Below, piece by piece: positions 47,627 through 61,706 of a stretch of DNA of 64,000 nt (the stretch's first letter is position 1; each line of letters begins with the position of its first letter). The notes under the pieces are model-generated. The model did no database searches and had not been told where the DNA came from. It worked only from the letters and a program-made list of their open reading frames with translations. A program made the position numbers and the translations under genes. The DNA lies in the NCBI GenBank assembly GCA_037379345.1, contig CM074512.1, forward strand, positions 62,083,597-62,147,596. The letters run 5' to 3'. This DNA is from Perna viridis (Eukaryota).

Positions 47627-50600
47627 ATGTTTCTCCCATGAATAAAACTATAAAAAATTATTAAACAACACCCTAAATTCTCTCAACATCAACTACGTCA
47701 TCAAGGACCTCCCCTCCAGTCATCATGTCATTGTGTCATCGATATCACTACCATTATGATTATTTGATACACTACAAATTAATCTTTTAAAATGTTAATA
47801 ACATTCGTAAATCATCAAGTATTTAATTGATTAACCATATGAATAACAACTGTAAACATGGTAAACATGGTAAGGGTGGTAAGCGTGGCAGGAAATTAAA
47901 AATTTTTAATCACTTGCTCATGTGGTGTGAATGAAGCCTATGACTGGGAGAAAAACTTTCCATTATTTCATAGGAATTTGAAGCAATGCTTGGTAGAAAG
48001 TTTAAATCTTTTTACTTGTCCAGTTAGTTATCTACCTAAGGTATCAGATAATGTTCATTCAACAAATGGAATACTAGCTCCATCCCCTTATGTTAAACTT
48101 TTAACTTTACATAAAATATCCAGGAAACAATTTATAGTATGACATCTTAATATCTATTTTTCTCCATAAAATATTGTCTCTTTTTGATTCTTTTAAGCAG
48201 AAAACTCTGATATAATCCAAGTTTTAGAAGTTTTAACTTTTGTTTTGTATTCTCAACATACCAGCAGGTTTCATGTTTTATTCATAATTATGACTCTAAA
48301 ATTGGAATATATTAATATCTTAGAAATATATTTTACAATTTACATATTGAGGAACAAGACTAACAAAAGCTTACTTTCTGAATATATGAGTTAAAAATCC
48401 ACTTTTGAAGTGGAATTTATTTGTATTTGTCTTTACTTATGTTAAAGAAATTTGTATGTTTGATGTGAGTGAAGTCATGTGTTACGAAAAAAGTTCTGTA
48501 AAGATGAAAGACACTAGGATGAAGAAATATTTTAGGAGGTTTAGTTGATGAAGATAAATAATTTCCTGCCTACTGTCCACAAAATGTCCTCATGCCTTCT
48601 AATTTCTAATTAAGTTTTTCTGTTTCCTTAAACCAAAATAGTTTTCTAAGAGAAGGAATATTAGTCAAATATAGTCTTCATAAACTCATTGATTTCATAC
48701 AGTAAACTAAAAAAAAACAATGTGCTTCGACTACAGCAGATTAATTTTAGATATTTTGTTACTCTTTGTTCAGCTTAGTAAAAAGCACCTCATAGAAAAA
48801 AAAGATAAATTAACTTAGTATTTTCAGTTGTTCAATGGTGTAAGGTGTGTTATTTTAGCAATTCTTCATATATGAAAATTGACCATCTGTCTTTTAAGAA
48901 CAATTCAATATTGTCATTTAAGTGAAAGCTAAAACTACGTATTAGATATACAATACTATTTCCAAATGGCAGTTCTGTGTGGTGGAAGTGTTTTTATCAT
49001 CAATAAGAAATGGCACCCCAGATGAATAAAACTTACTAATTCGTTCATTTACTTTATCAAATGTGATATTGAAAGTATCCTACTTGACAGACAGTATCAT
49101 GTTTTTTTTTTGTTTTTTTTTCAGTGATAATCTTTGACAGTTTTAGCAATTATTAAATCTGATTTAATTTTAATTGTTGTTGAATGCTATCAATTACCAT
49201 ATAAGGTTTTAGTTTTGAATGCTTTCTTTGGATAGGACTTGTCAACAGCCCTAATCTCCTTAAGGGGAAAAGTCAAGTAATTCAAGGTTTGACTTCTCAA
49301 GTAGGAATATTTTCACTTTTGATTTTATTACTGACAATATCATGTGAAATATATTACAAGCACATCAATGCTAGTTGAGATATTCCACATGATATTGTCA
49401 TTAACAAAATCATAAGTAACTATTATTCTGTTTATCAGTAATCCAACTTTGGCAGTTTTTATTCATTTTACTGTACACTTATTTTTGAAAATATTAAGTT
49501 TCCAAAATAGTCTAGTACAGTGACTACACATTGGTGGTATGTGACATTATTTTTATTCAAAACTTTAAAAGAAAATGATTGAGATATATCCCAATCACTA
49601 CCAATGTTTTGACAGATGTTTTTGATTATCTTGTCCTGTATATTAAAGAGAGAGAAAAATGTCAACCAGATAAAAGAAAAAAAGTTCAAATAATTAGTTA
49701 ATGTCTCTCAATAAAAGAAGTGCTTACACAATAATATAAATTGTATTAACTTCAGCTGTAAAGTTTTTTCTTCCTTATTTTATGTATTCCAGCAAAGGCT
49801 TGTCTTACTTACAAAAGTCCCTCGTACATTTCATTTCTGTTGTTCCCAGTATGAGAAATCTTTACAAAGTACAATATTTGTTTTCACTTTTCCAACACTG
49901 TCTGGATGCAGTGTAAATGTGAATTATAAAGGTAGAGGAATTCTCTTTACCATAAACTTGTCAATAAATGTGATAAACTTGTATGACTTCTCTCTTATGT
50001 CCTTTGAACCATAGATCATATTGTTGTAGTTTCAATAGCACTATTTTCTATCCTTTACTTTAATGCTATTGTGTAGATCATGTTTTTTGTTTGTCTTAAT
50101 TTATCTACTGCTTCAAGGATGTGGTTAACTCCATTTGTTTGATCTTACTTGGTAGTACTAAGACATTAGGACACCTTTTGATTTTCATCTTATTTTTATA
50201 TATGACCAACAAAAAAAAGAGGGTTCCTCCAAACAACCAGTTAATACTTGTGAATCAAACATACATAGTATGAAAGTTTTACTTGTAGAATACCCAGTAA
50301 ATCAGTTAGCTCAAGGAAAAAATGAGATGGCATTCACTATAAGTATAGTCTGAATGCTTCTCCATCAGTCTTTGTTTATAATTTGCAAAATTTGGACTTA
50401 AGAAGTCAGATAGGACCCGGTGGCATTCCATTTACAATGTGCATACATGTATTACACTTAAATTCTTGACAGTGAATTTACCAAGTCAAAGTGTTTTCAT
50501 CTTGGTCATCAAGGTGAGTATGATGTAACACATCTGTAGTTCAAAATAGGTTTGTAAAGATAAGGAATTATTGATTGCAAATTATTTCAAAGACCATGAA

Positions 50601-51735
50601 TAGGACATAAATAGACCACATTTTTGTTCAACCACAAAAAAAAAGTTGTCATATAATGGTATGCTGTTGTAATCTGTAGACATTTAATGTCTAGACAATA
50701 AGTTGAGTTAAGGGGATGTGACTTGATGTGTAACCATTTTGAAATTAGGGACCAGAAAAAAAGCATTTTCTTGATGTCTGGACAATATTGTACCTAAAGA
50801 TGTCATACCACCAAAAGAAGACTGGAATTTATTTTTGTGTTTGGATTTTAATAGTTCAGGAATGACAGGCCAAAAAAAAACAAACATGCATTTTCCTGAT
50901 TTCAGGACTATACTCTTTGAAATTGTACCAAAATTTGCCATACCACAAAGGAAATGCTGGGATTATGACAGAATCATTTAGGAATATAAAGGTGCCAGGT
51001 ATGTCTGAATAATAACTTGAGTTAAAGGCTTTTGATCCCTTAGAAATTGTGCCACAAAGTGTCGTATCTCAAATTGAGTTTGGAGGTTGTGCCTTGGACT
51101 GTTTAGGAATTGTGGTCCTAAAAGGGACCACTTTGGTTTGGTCTAACTCTTATTCTGTATCAAACATATCTAAGAGCTGTATTGAGCTTGAATGGTTGCC
51201 CCAACTGTTCAGGGTACTACATCTGTGATTATATCAGGCTGTGCTCAGTGAAGCATTTTATTGTTGGGCAACGACTATTTTTTATACTGAGGGAGAGGCC
51301 TGGGATTATCTTGAAAAAAATCCAAATTTGAGCAAAGTTTTTTTTTGGATCAGCCACAGACAGAAAAAAAATTGTTTCCTCCATTACTTAATAATGTATA
51401 TTTTCAACAAAAAAAGAAAAATAATACTTTGGCTGCTGATGAAAAAAAAAAAAATAAATATTCAAGCATATACAATGGATATAACCTTCAAATATTAAAT
51501 TCACCCTCTTGTTGAAAGTCAAATTCAATATATTGATGAAACATACACATGTGGAAAGATCTTTATGCTATAATTAGTTAAATGTAAATTACAGACAAAG
51601 AATAAATGAAATATTTACTATAGAAAAACTGCTGATATCAACATTTAAAAAATATGGAACATGCCATCGTTGATACAGTGCTTCGGTACTTTGATTATTC
51701 TGACAGGGAACCAGTACAAAATTATGCTAGAAATT

Positions 51736-51747
51736 TGCGCTTGCGCA
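51736..51747. promoter_or_regulatory. NRF1-like site (TGCGCTTGCGCA) just upstream of LRCH
   Basis: Motif match about 30 nt before the ATG. A YY1-like CAAAATGGCG overlaps the start codon. Confidence 0.5.
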
Positions 51748-51778
51748 ATGTAATCTGAATCCAACATGAAAGTGCAAA

Positions 51779-51947
51779 ATGGCGACTACTTTCAGCACCG
51801 GAACACAGAGCCCAACATCACATAAAACACTGGAAAAGATATACGAAGAAGCACAGTCAACAGGAGCGATATGTCTGTGCGGTAGAAAACTAAGAGAATA
51901 TCCTAAGATAGCCACTAGATATGACTTAATCGATACAATATCAGCTG
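51779..51947 (+). CDS. LRCH: LRCH (leucine-rich repeat and calponin homology domain protein) coding exon 1
   Basis: KTLEKIYEEAQSTGAICLCGRKLREYPK...YDLIDTISA|GTGAGT resembles the LRCH1-4 N-terminus (ALEEA..G.L.LSGRKLREFP...DL.DT..AD). Confidence 0.88.
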
Positions 51948-54900
51948 GTGAGTGTCCCCTCCATCCGTTTTGTTTACATTTTTCTTGTCAGCTTCTTCAT
52001 CTCTCTTGTTTTAGTGTCTAGATATAGCCGATTTAGATCACGTTATATTAACAAGTATCACGTATGTGTTAAGTTTTCCTCGAAACCGGTGTGTCATCAA
52101 TTTGTAAACACTTGTTGGAATGTCATTTGTCACACTCGATAATACACTACTGGCGGTACTGCATTCTGAGTATGACTACACTTGTAATTGTAGTTGAACT
52201 CTCTTCACTCAGACTGGCCAGAGACATAATATACAAGAGACATGCCACTTACTGAAATCTCATAATATGAGTAAGTGCGAGCGAAGTCCTAGGTTTTTTT
52301 TTGGGACTTTATCATCAGGATAAATGGGAGACAGCAAAGGGCATTCCAAATATTTGTAAATAAATCAGAAGAACTGTACCAGGTTTTACGTTAATTGCAG
52401 GGTTTTAACAAGATTGTTCCAGTTGGAAGTTGAAAAATATCATTCTACCAACAAAAAAGAAGTATTGAAAACAAGTTACCCCCCCCCTTTACTTCCCCTA
52501 TGGTGTTAACTTCCTTAACTCATACATTGATTTTTTCCAGATCTATAAATTAGGGTTTCCAATGCATGTTCTTGCAATGATGACCCTGGTATAATTTATT
52601 TAACTACATACAGTTTGGTACATGTATACTGGCCTTGGGCTGACATTTTCATCCAGGTGGGATTGTATTCTTTTTCAGTTTAGACAGTTTCAGTTGAATA
52701 CAGAGATCACCCACTATGTGTAGACCTTTATAATGACTACTAAATATTTACTTGCATTGTTCAATCTATGTAAGATGTAGAAATTTTTCACAGGGGGTCA
52801 TAGTGGCAGAGGAGGCCACTGATTTTAATTTGTGATCTCTAAGAAAAAAAAACAAACCTGGCCACACACATAATCAAAATTACATATTAGAAGTGACTAC
52901 AAAAACTGATTGGTAGCAATCATAGATGTTTTGGGATTTCATTCGAATCGACAGTACTTCCTATAGGGTTCTTATCATGGCATTCACACATTTCTTCTTG
53001 ATGGGTCCCACTGAAACCTGAAGAAAATTCCCTTTATTCTTTCCAACTACAAATTGTATTCTCAAAGAGTCCTACTGGCTTGAAAGTACATATGTACATC
53101 AAAGAGAAGTCTTTGAGCCTTGTAGTTATACTTTCTTTGACATAGGGTTTCTCTAAATTATTGTGTATCAACTCCAGAAATAAACAAAAAACAAGGATCT
53201 CAAAGTATTAATAAAAACAGTGAGATTGATTTGGTCCAGGTGTCAATTTCCATTGCGCTAGAATGAAAAAAATTTGAATGATGCTGCAAAAAGCATTTTC
53301 TACAACGGTATGTGATTTGATGATGTTGGTCTAAGGTTTTAGATCCAAAACCGCAAATTTTTCAGGTACAACATACATTTTTATGTTTTTTTTTGGGTAA
53401 TTTGCATCATGTGCTTTTTTTTGTTCGTTGGTCCCAAATTGATGGATGGACATGGTTATTTTATGTGCTTGTCTGTCTGCTACACTTGGTGGATACATTT
53501 TATCTGAAATCTTATGGCTAATTTCTCCCATGATACATGAATATAGAATGTATTTTAAAGAATTGTAGAAATTACATGTATTTATAAATACATGTACAAA
53601 TGTAATACATTGCTAGTTTGATTTGAGATATTTTGTAGGAAAAATGACTTTTTAAACAGCATTAGAAGACATCTTTTACATTTACATAGTTCTAGTCATG
53701 TCACAGAATTTTTGAAAATGTTTTATTGCATTTTGATAATTAGTAGCTTTTCCACAGCTCTTTCCTATAGATGCAAAGGTTACTAATACATTCATTTTAT
53801 TTTTATATCCCACACAATGAAGTTTTAGAAGGTATAACAATTGGCAGTCCATCCATCAGTTCTGTTTTGTCATCACAACTCCTCTTAAAATACTAAACAG
53901 AAACATGAAAATTGTTTTATAGTAAAAGCACAATATGTAGTTTTGCATATTACCAGGAAACATTGTATCCCTTAAATTTTGTGGGAGTTATGTCCCTTTG
54001 AACTTTTTTGTAATGTATCACTGAGACATCTTTTCAGTGAATCTGCTCCAATCTTAGTTACATGCATGATTAATTGCATGGACTGGAATTCCTTATACAC
54101 CCTGTTATTTAGGATCCCTAGGCTGTGCTCTAGTATGTGATATCTAATCCAACAGATTAAATTTTATGCAGCTTGCCAGTACTGTCAAAAATGTGTGAAC
54201 ATAACCACTATTTCCTTTAGTACCTTTGCATAAATGCTAGCAAGTGAAGTAGAAAAAAATGTTTGATAGTAATCTCTGATTGACAAATGATTTATTTGAT
54301 TTTAAAATCTCTTTATCAATGTCACCCTACTGAATATATTATAAAGATCTATCCTTTTGTGTACACACTTGTTCAGGTCTTAGATAAAGGTCATGTCTTT
54401 TTTGTATCAATGGCATTGGACCACCACTTGCATCAGATTTAGGCAAAAAATTTACTTGCATGTTTGCTATAGAAGTTTACGTTTAGATACATGTACATGT
54501 CTATACATTTCACTGGTATGATTTTGTTTTACTCTTACAGTTCTGTATATGATCCAGTTTTGTAATTTTCTTCTCCGACCAGACACAGTCAACCAAATTA
54601 TTCAATTGTCTCCCTAGGGCCATATACATGTAGCATCACATTGCCCTGATACTATATTTTTTACCAGGATGCTTTCCAAAAAGAACTTTCTGTAGGGCCC
54701 AATACAGATGTGATGCTATAATTTTTAGATGCAAGATGCTGTATTGAAATTCAGGGGATACCAGGATGCTATCTCTAAATCTTAGGGAGAACACTAAATT
54801 AAGTTAGAACTTTTCAAGTTGAAATTTTTGATTATTAAAAAAATTGGGTGGCATGATTTTCAAGTGGAAAAATTTTGGATGTGATTGGTCTTTTTATATT

Positions 54901-57900
54901 GTCCTTCAAGTTTTCCAGATAAATTTTCTACTCTCTGTCTTTAACTTCTTACACCACTTCAAAAAATTTGTGGTTGTTTAAATGTTTTGGAACTGCATTG
55001 GTTTTGCCATTATTAATGTCATTGTCTGAAGTCATTGGTTTTGGCAGAATAACTTAGGTATGATTGTATTTGTCTCAATGAAATTGCACCATAAGGTTCC
55101 ATACCACAAAATTTACTTGGATTGAATATTGCAGTTTTGACACCTACTGTTTAGGAAAACATGTAAGGGCAAAAAAACGAGCATTTTTCTTCTTTCTGCA
55201 CAACAAATTGAAAAATGTGTATGGATTTCTATCTCAAGGAAAAAAGTTAGAATACAGTATCACAAAAATATACCTAAGTACCCGTAGTGGGATAATTCAA
55301 GTACTTGTACATCAAATTACAAAAACATGGTCTGAAAGTGAACACAGGAAACAAAGATAATCTACATACACAGTGTATCAAACTGAATTATTAATGATTG
55401 ACCTAAAGGTTTTGGAATAATTTGGGTAAAAAACCAACATTTTCTCATATTTCTGCACATTTACCTAAATAAAAATGTACTGATCTCTTGGAAAGAGCAC
55501 TATATTGCTCTATATCACGAAAGTTCTAAATTTTAACACAATTGGAACTGGTTGATATAGTTTTTGTTTGGTTGTGTAAAATGTTAATTGATAATACCCA
55601 CAACTTATTAATGGTTAAGGTCAAATCTTGCAATGACTGCTTGGTTTTAACCTAAAATTTTGGCTTGGTAGCTGACAACATAAATTTTGGTAGTCAATAT
55701 GTATAGCTCTTTACAACCACAATACAATTTTTAGGAGCCAGTGGTAAGTGGACCCCTGCTAACTATGAACCTGGGTCACTATAGCCTGTTAGACAACTCT
55801 TTAGATTAGAGCCAATAATGATATTTCAGAGTTCGTGAAAACAATTCATTACACTGTCAGTCCAAGATCCTACAAAATGTAATGTTCTGTCTATATTTTT
55901 GACAGATATTTTTTTAAAGTTCTGTGTAGAATAGCTGTGTAACCTTAAGCCAGTCAAACATAGGTCTGCACAGATATTTTAGACTGATATTTTTAGGGCT
56001 GGACTAGCCCTAATTATGCCTGTTAGCTTGGACAGATCAGACAAATTTCGCAAACTCTGCTAACTAAATAATAACCTTCTTGTACTTGGTTTTTAGTGTT
56101 ATGTACATAGAGTCTTAATCCAATGTCTGTATACTTGTACATTGGCGATGTCTGGTTGTCTATGCTTGTAAATTGTAAGAAATGATTTAATCTTGACTAA
56201 GATCTGATGAAGGTCATGATGAATGTCCCAGTTTAATTCTCTGATACATCTGATATCAATGATTGATCCAATCCAATCTGATCTAGCAGTTGTTCAGGCT
56301 CACTTCAACAGTGATAACTAAAACTACAGCGTACTGCCTTAAATATTTTGGCACACTGATTTGAATGTTTAGAAAACTTTATTATATCTATTGAATTAAT
56401 GCCAGCTGATATGGGTAATAATATTGCAACATTAATTTAGAAGAAGAGATAAATGCAAGTATCTGCTCTTGTATGTTTTGGCTTTTTAAGTGCAAGATAG
56501 AAATTACTAAAACTCAACAGACTGGATAATGTGACAGTACCTTTGTATTGCATACTGTACATCTCTGATGCAGTTATCACTTTCCAATGGACTAAACCTG
56601 TATCTCCAAGGTCTAGAATTATGAAAATTTTAGTTTTTATGGCAAGACCTTAATGAAAGTAAACTGTTCAGAATCAAAGCAGCCAGAACATTCAAAGTAA
56701 TCAATTGTATTTTACAGAATTCTACATGTACAATAAATTCAAATTTTTATCATGCCATGGAAAAGTAGTTGATAATATTTCCTGACCAAAATTCTGTTGT
56801 AATTTAAGAGCCTTTCCTGTAAACTGTGTAAGATGTTGGGTTTAGGTTTGGACTCCTGTCACTCAGTACAAAAAAAATAATTTAAGAATTATTCTATTTA
56901 AGAAATTGAAAAATAAAAAAAAGTTAATTTTATATCACAGTTGCATACAGCATAATCCAGAAATTAATTCCAGAACTGACATTTAGAATAAAACCAATAC
57001 ATCAGCAATACATCATTCATTGATTAGAAAAACTTCAAATGCATTGATTTCTAGTATTGCCACTGAAGACAGAAATTCTTGAAATTTTATTGGATAATTT
57101 ACAAAAAAGCTGATTTGGCTAAATCGGAAAACTTACACAGGTTTTATTGATCCCAAGTAAATATCACATTAATTAACATTCCAGGGTAATAATGATTAGA
57201 AAATAGAAGGTCCTGATAACATCATGGGCCATGAAATCATTTGTAATTTTTGTCTAGGGAAATCTCACTAATTATTGAAAACATTTCATGGCTGTTATTA
57301 GGTTTTATTGTATACAATCAATGTTTTCTGTTTTCTATGTTTTCAGTAGGGACAATGGAATAAGGCAAAGAAAAAAATACCTGTCTTTCAACTAACATGT
57401 CTAAAATAGTAGCCAAGTAGAGTCGACATGTAGGCAAAACTTCTTTTTTCCTGAAGTTTTTTACTTGTTTTGTACTTGTCAAAAAATGCAAAAAAAAATC
57501 TTAGGGTAGTCACAAAAAATGTAAGTTGATCAGGGTAACGGAAACACATGTAATTTTTTTTAAAGGTCTAATATATTATACGAATAATAGTCCAATTTGT
57601 ACTCTACAGGGAACAGGAATGGATTAACAAGTGGTGGATCAAGGTCCAGATCCCTTGATTTTTTACTAAGGGCTTTTGAAATTGATATAGGTCCAGGACC
57701 TTCACCTGTTTTTGAAGGGATTTGATTTCCTCAGGTTGACCATTGATTTGAAACTTGTAAGGTTGAAGACGTAATATGTTCTGGGATTTCTTTCACAAGT
57801 GAAAATTTCTGTCTTTTGACAAGTGGAGTGCAGTGGAACGAGTGAAAAGTCAAAGAATATCTCTCATGAGTGGAAGAAAACCCAGACCTTCAACAGATGA

Positions 57901-59239
57901 ACTTTAATGGACTACTTTTACTTTTCATACTGCCATTGGCTATTTTACACATGACAGATACTGTTGCATGCACCTGTCTGTCATAGAAAAACATCAGAAA
58001 CAGAAAAACTCTTACTCTTTAATGTAAATGTGGACTCTTGTGTACCAAATTATTGTTGCAGTTGCCACCTAGTTAAGTTTCATTTACATCTAAATGTAAA
58101 TTACGTGAAGTTAGCATGCTAATTATAGGAAAATACCTTAGATGCCATTTTCGTGAAAAAAAAAATGTGTTATTCTTTTCTTCTAAGGCCTACTAAGTAA
58201 AGACAAAATTATTCTGGATGTTTTTATTAGAACAGTCTAATACAAAATGACACATGAAAATAATTTGTTTGTACTAGTCAGAGATATGTAAGGTCTCTTG
58301 CTTATATTGTTATAATTTGTTTTTGTCCCATCTTATAATAGATAAAACACATTAGTTTAATAATTAAGTGAGGGTGGTACTAATTATTTTCACAGCTGGC
58401 TATTCAGGAAAGGCTTACCTTGTGAAATTATTTTTGCTACCTCTCCCAGGTGCAGAAAATGAATTATTTGGAACAGGGAGAGGTTCTAGGCCAGTATTGG
58501 ACATTTTTAATAGTATTTGAAATAAACAAAGTCAACAAAATATAAGTTTCAACACTTTTAGACCTGCTACTGTTTTCCTTACCAGCATATAAAGCTGTTC
58601 AAATGCTTTATATTGTATAAGTTTTGTTGTGAAGGTAGTTAATTCATTTGAAGTTCTCTTATCCCTTGAAACCCATACTTTTGTGAATTCTTTAAGGAAA
58701 AGCTAGTCACATTTGTCCTCTTTTTTCCCCACACTGTTAGCTAATTTCCCATAACAGTTTAATGAATCTGTGTGGAGCTTGTGTTATGTTTACCTGTACC
58801 TTTGTGCTAAACTCTGTATAGGGTATAATCACAATCTAATTAAAATTAGACCTATCAGTTGTTCCATTCAGTCACTGCATGTGATTGGATGGGATAATTG
58901 ATAGGTCCAGTTTTAATTAGATTGGCTATAATGACAGAGTCTAAACACATCTAAAATTTCATGAAAATTGGGGATAACTTGTCTGTAATTTTGGACTTGC
59001 AAGCAGAAATAGAAATATATTATGTGTCACTCTTAAAGAAACTTTATACTGGACATTTGGGCCGACCCTTTTTTCCTAAATGTCAGTTTGAACAGTTTTT
59101 TGGAAGCAAAATAGTTGTTTAACTTGAATTTTCTTTCTATCTTTATGTTCAAATGAAAATATCAATACATGTATAATTTGTTTTTGTCTGGATGGCTTAA
59201 AGTTGAAGATGTGAGACTTATAATCTTTTTTTTTTTCAG

Positions 59240-59384
59240 ACCTGTCTAAGAACAGATTTGCTGAGATACCTAAAGAAGTGTGTGATCATGCCATGTTAGA
59301 GGAATTAAACTGTTATCATAATGTCATTAAATTTATACCAGAGGCCATAGTTCAACTACACAATCTTACTTTCCTTAATTTAAG
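59240..59384 (+). CDS. LRCH: LRCH coding exon 2 (gene continues beyond the window)
   Basis: (T)nCAG| phase-1 join gives DLSKNRFAEIPKEVCDHAMLEELNCYHNVIKFIPEAIVQLHNLTFLNL, then |GTAAGA. Confidence 0.9.
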
Positions 59385-59586
59385 GTAAGAGTTTCCTAGT
59401 ATTTTTCACTGATTTTAATTCTATTATAAATACATTGTATTTTTAACACATCTCTCGGAACCAAATTCCTACTTTTGACAGGCATTTCTTTCTAAAATGA
59501 AAGAACCAAGTGACCTGTTGTGTCAGGCTTTCTTGGCTGTATTGTCTAATATATTATATGTATTTATTTGTGTATTCTAATTTGTA

Positions 59587-59767
59587 TAGTGAAACCTGCC
59601 TTAACCGAATCCCTTCTGGACTTTGTTAGGTTTAGGCAGGTGTTTGGTTTATGCAGGTTCAAAACACATTTAAGTTGAAATACATGTATAGAGACTTTAT
59701 AGGTGTTAGGGTTTTGACAGGTTTTCAGGGTTTTTTTTTCAGGGTTCAGGTTAGACAGATTTCAATG
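59587..59767. mobile_element. Tc1/mariner (Tigger-like) MITE
   Basis: TA|TAGTGAAACCTGCCTTAACC ... GGTTAGACAGATTTCAATG|TA are imperfect inverted ends with TA flanks. Confidence 0.5.
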
Positions 59768-61394
59768 TACATAAATCAGTTGTTTAAAACAATCAGCCTG
59801 ATTCAGCCAGTTAGATCAGATAGGCCTGATCATTTAAAAAATGACAGCTTAACTTTATACTGCTTGACTGCTGTATAATTTGGAAGACTGATGTATTTAC
59901 GTTTTTATCTCTTTTCAAAGTTTAATGGCTTAAGCAGTCTCATCTCTGAATGATACCAAAAAGATATCATTCCAATTTGTATAGAACAGTGATCAATTGC
60001 AGTTTCATTGTAAGCTTACATGTATGTGGTTAGGCTTTGTATACAAATATCTAAGTTGTGAACGTGCCAATTCAGTATTGTCCAATGGAAGTTAGACTAT
60101 AATTTTGACATTTTTATGAAATGTATTAGTATGGGGTAAACACAAAAAGGTACAAGTTCAGGAAGTGTTTTAATTACTTGGTGGTTAGAACTACTTATTT
60201 TCTATTAATGACTGACATAATGTCAACAAAAAATTTGTTCAAGGACATTTAACATAAAATCTTTCTTGTGACCCACCAAAATATGTGACTGATGTGACGA
60301 TTGGTCAGTCTGTCTGTATGTTCATTCTGTCTGTTCCCTGCAAAAATTTAATTCTGTAGCAGTTTTGTACAACTTCTCCTTGATGATTAAACTCTGGAAA
60401 GATAATTTTCTTAAGTACATGTAATTAAATTTCTTCATCTTGATGAAATATTATCACCAGTTACAACTCCCCTGCTAAGATCTGTATTGTTGCCACTGTT
60501 ACTACATATTATAATCAGATTTACATGTATGTCTCGTGTTGCTATGAATTATCACAATTACCATTTTTTGTTTCAAATAAAACTGTTCCATTATGATGTT
60601 AGATGAATATGTAGTGAAAAATTTCAAGTTAATGATTCCTTCTTAGTACAGTGCGAAGGATATTTAAAGTGCAGTTTTAGGTTGAGAATAGATGTTTTAT
60701 GGGATTTAAGAACATGTATCAAACATTGTATCTAGAGGTTTAGCACACACATTTTTATAGGTACAGCGATTCAGATGGCTTGTGAAAAGGGGGATCAGTA
60801 CAATGTATGCATGCTTTGTAAAACTCCTTGTTAAAATATAAAACTTGTAGTGTAAATTTCTCATGCTGTACATACAAAAACTGTTAGTTTTGAGGCTGTT
60901 GCACCTGCTGCTATACCCCAGCATTTGTAGTTGAGGAAACTAAATTCTACGAAGGATGAAGATTGAATGTGGTATTGTACCACAGGCCAAGTGGCATTAA
61001 TCCAGCTATTGCCAAAAATTTCGTCCTCTTCAGCTCTGCAGTAATTACAGAATAATATATTAAGATTGTTCAAGTGAATTATATTGACACAAGGAAGGGT
61101 GGGATTCTAGAAATAGATGAGTCAGACAAGATAGTAATCAATAGAAGATATGAAGGAGATTTTTTACTGAGATTCAGGCTAACTGTTTTTATTGTTTATA
61201 TTTACGATTGGTGAGAAGTTTAATCAGGCAAATTTAATCAGGAGGCTGATATAAGTGGTTGTTGGAGGGTAAAGTTGTTGTTATGGGGACTTGTTTACAT
61301 TAAAATACATGTACATGATTAAAAACTTGATATTCCTACTCCTTTTCTTGAATTATTTTGTAAGAATGAAGAGTATTATATTTGCTTAACCTAA

Positions 61395-61706
61395 AGAGTA
61401 ATCAAGGGAACCAAGTTTATAGCGGTAATCAAAAGAATGTAATCCAGGGACAAAGATCAGACATGGAAACATACACAACAAAGAACATAAAGTAACTAAA
61501 ATCAAACATACAAAGTAACAAAAGTAAATGAGCAACTTGGACTCCACTAAAAACTGGGAGCTTGGACCAGGTGCACCGGTAGGGTAAGTGTCCTCTGCTT
61601 TTCTAGAAACACCCGCCGAGTTGCTCATAAAAAGTCAAGTCAGGGGTAGACAAGGAAAGGAAAACTATGACCCGTTGAATAAATCAGTTTCCATAGTGCT
61701 GATGGA
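61395..61706 (-). mobile_element. Penelope-like element 3' fragment (copy G)
   Basis: Highly similar to copies A and B, with the same terminus. Confidence 0.82.
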
